Origin: Vulcanimicrobiota bacterium
GTDB taxonomy: Bacteria; Vulcanimicrobiota; Vulcanimicrobiia; Vulcanimicrobiales; Vulcanimicrobiaceae
Assembly: GCA_963714015.1 (NCBI GenBank)
Contig: OY970223.1
Location: 352,001 to 416,000 of the forward strand
Reading direction: 5' to 3'
DNA: 64,000 nt
The notes below the pieces were generated by a model. The model had not been told where the DNA came from. It ran no database searches and saw only the letters and a program-made list of their open reading frames with translations. A program made the position numbers and the translations under genes. Position 1 is the stretch's first letter. Each line of letters opens with the position of its first letter. Positions 62,779 to 64,000 of the stretch are shown one piece after another.

Positions 62779-64000
62779 CTAAATGCCGTGGGCGCGGGCG
62801 CACTCGGCGGCATCTTGCCGCGTGCGGCAGTGCAGTTTGCGCAGAATGGATGCAACGTGGGCGTTCACCGTATAGGTGCTGCGGCCGAGATCGCGGGCGA
62901 TTTTCGCGTTCGTCGAGCCGCGCGCAATCTCGCGCAAGATGGTAACTTCCGTTTTGGTCAGCGCGGAAAGCGCCGAGACGGCAGATTCTAATCCGGGCAT
63001 CGGCAGCGCCGTCAAGAGGTTTGCGATGCCGCCCAGACGGGACTCACGTAAGAGCGAAACCGCGGGTTCCATGCTCTCTCCGGCCTCCACGTGAAGGTAT
63101 GCCGCGCGGCTCGCCTTCATTACCGCTCGTTCCACCGAGCCCAAATCGCGGCCAACCTGCTCGACGGGACTAAGGATCGCGTTGGCGCGCGGAAGTTGAT
63201 GCATGATGATGCAGGCCAAGGTACAGTAGGCGTGCGCGAATGCAAATCGCCGGCGCTCGTCGGACCTTCCTCGCAGCCCGCGTTGCGTCAAAGCGAGCGC
63301 ATGCGAAATGGCTTCGTCGGCATCTTCACGCTGTCCGCAGGCCGACGCATAGAGCGCAATCTCCGCCCAGCGAAGCCCGCGCCGTCCATCGCTGATCTGC
63401 GACTGCGCGGTGCCCCACACGCAATCCAATGCGCCGCGGAAACGGCCCAACCACGCGGCGCGCATCGCATCCGCCGACGCCATCGCAGAAGAACTGAGCT
63501 CGCCGTGTCCCGGATGCTCGAGTATTCTGCTGCGCAGTTCGTCCAGATCGTCGCCCTCTCCGAACTCCGTTCGCAGCGCATAAGTACCGGCGAGGGCCGA
63601 TGCGGCAAGAAACACGTCTCCCGCCTTCTCCGCGCACTCGATCATCCTCTCAAGTTCCGCGAGCGCTTTCGCGGTGTCGTATCCGAAGCCGAGCCAGATC
63701 GAATACCGTACGCTGTGGCAGCGCGCCGCCAGCGCGTACAAGTCGTGCAGTTTCGCCAAATCGATGGCCTTTGACGAAAGCGCCATGGCTTGCTGTGATT
63801 CGCCGGCCGCGTAGGCGACGAAACTGGCCTGATGGTACAAGGTCGCTCGAACGGGAGTCGAATCGGAGCGGTTTGCGAGCTGGAGGGCCTGCTCAGCGTA
63901 GTCTTTCGCTTCGGCAAGACGCCCCGTTATGGCGCAGCCCGTGGCGATCGTTCCCATCATGAGCGCATCGCCGTCCGCCACGAGCGCTTTGGCGCTGGTC
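62779..64000 (-). CDS. LuxR-family regulator with TPR-like sensor region (5' part outside window)
   Basis: LTKTEVTILREIARGSTNAKIARDLGRSTYTVNAHVASILRKL LuxR HTH. Confidence 0.88.
   Translation of the reverse strand, partial: TSAKALVADGDALMMGTIATGCAITGRLAEAKDYAEQALQLANRSDSTPVRATLYHQASFVAYAAGESQQAMALSSKAIDLAKLHDLYALAARCHSVRYSIWLGFGYDTAKALAELERMIECAEKAGDVFLAASALAGTYALRTEFGEGDDLDELRSRILEHPGHGELSSSAMASADAMRAAWLGRFRGALDCVWGTAQSQISDGRRGLRWAEIALYASACGQREDADEAISHALALTQRGLRGRSDERRRFAFAHAYCTLACIIMHQLPRANAILSPVEQVGRDLGSVERAVMKASRAAYLHVEAGESMEPAVSLLRESRLGGIANLLTALPMPGLESAVSALSALTKTEVTILREIARGSTNAKIARDLGRSTYTVNAHVASILRKLHCRTRQDAAECARAHGI

Overview
GC-rich bacterial window, probably from an uncorrected long-read assembly: single-base indels split many otherwise intact genes, most densely at about 55.3-57.8 kb. 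The repeated beta-propeller lipoproteins, a GloVer-type repeat remnant, S53 proteases and HTH/TPR regulators suggest Eremiobacterota (WPS-2), which is an inference only. 1-31.5 kb holds mixed accessory genes: a holin-X-like protein, a histone-like protein, a Mo-bisPGD oxidoreductase, a Fic protein, two sedolisins, beta-propeller lipoproteins, CtpA, a diguanylate cyclase, GH92, TetR/AraC/XRE-NB-ARC regulators and methyltransferases. 31.6-45 kb is a P-type (Trb) type IV secretion operon, traG/virD4-trbBCDE-trbLFGI-traF, with no trbJ, relaxase or integrase in the window. It is preceded by two candidate substrate genes with KfrB-like domains. 45.4-64 kb (minus strand) is the highlight, an apparently unusual RiPP cluster. 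In order it encodes a LuxR/TPR regulator, an unannotated 46-aa secreted peptide, three paralogous secreted proteins, a 45-aa precursor (core SSTCTSSTTCKVSLL), an E1/RRE protein, an azoline-forming YcaO, a SagB-type dehydrogenase, a CPBP protease, an ABC exporter, a TonB-dependent-receptor-like protein, a PQQ alcohol dehydrogenase with the lanthanide-type WDYDG motif, a cupredoxin and a full-length LanB dehydratase, followed by a SARP/BTAD regulator. No LanC or pyridine synthase is visible. No rRNA, tRNA or CRISPR array was seen.
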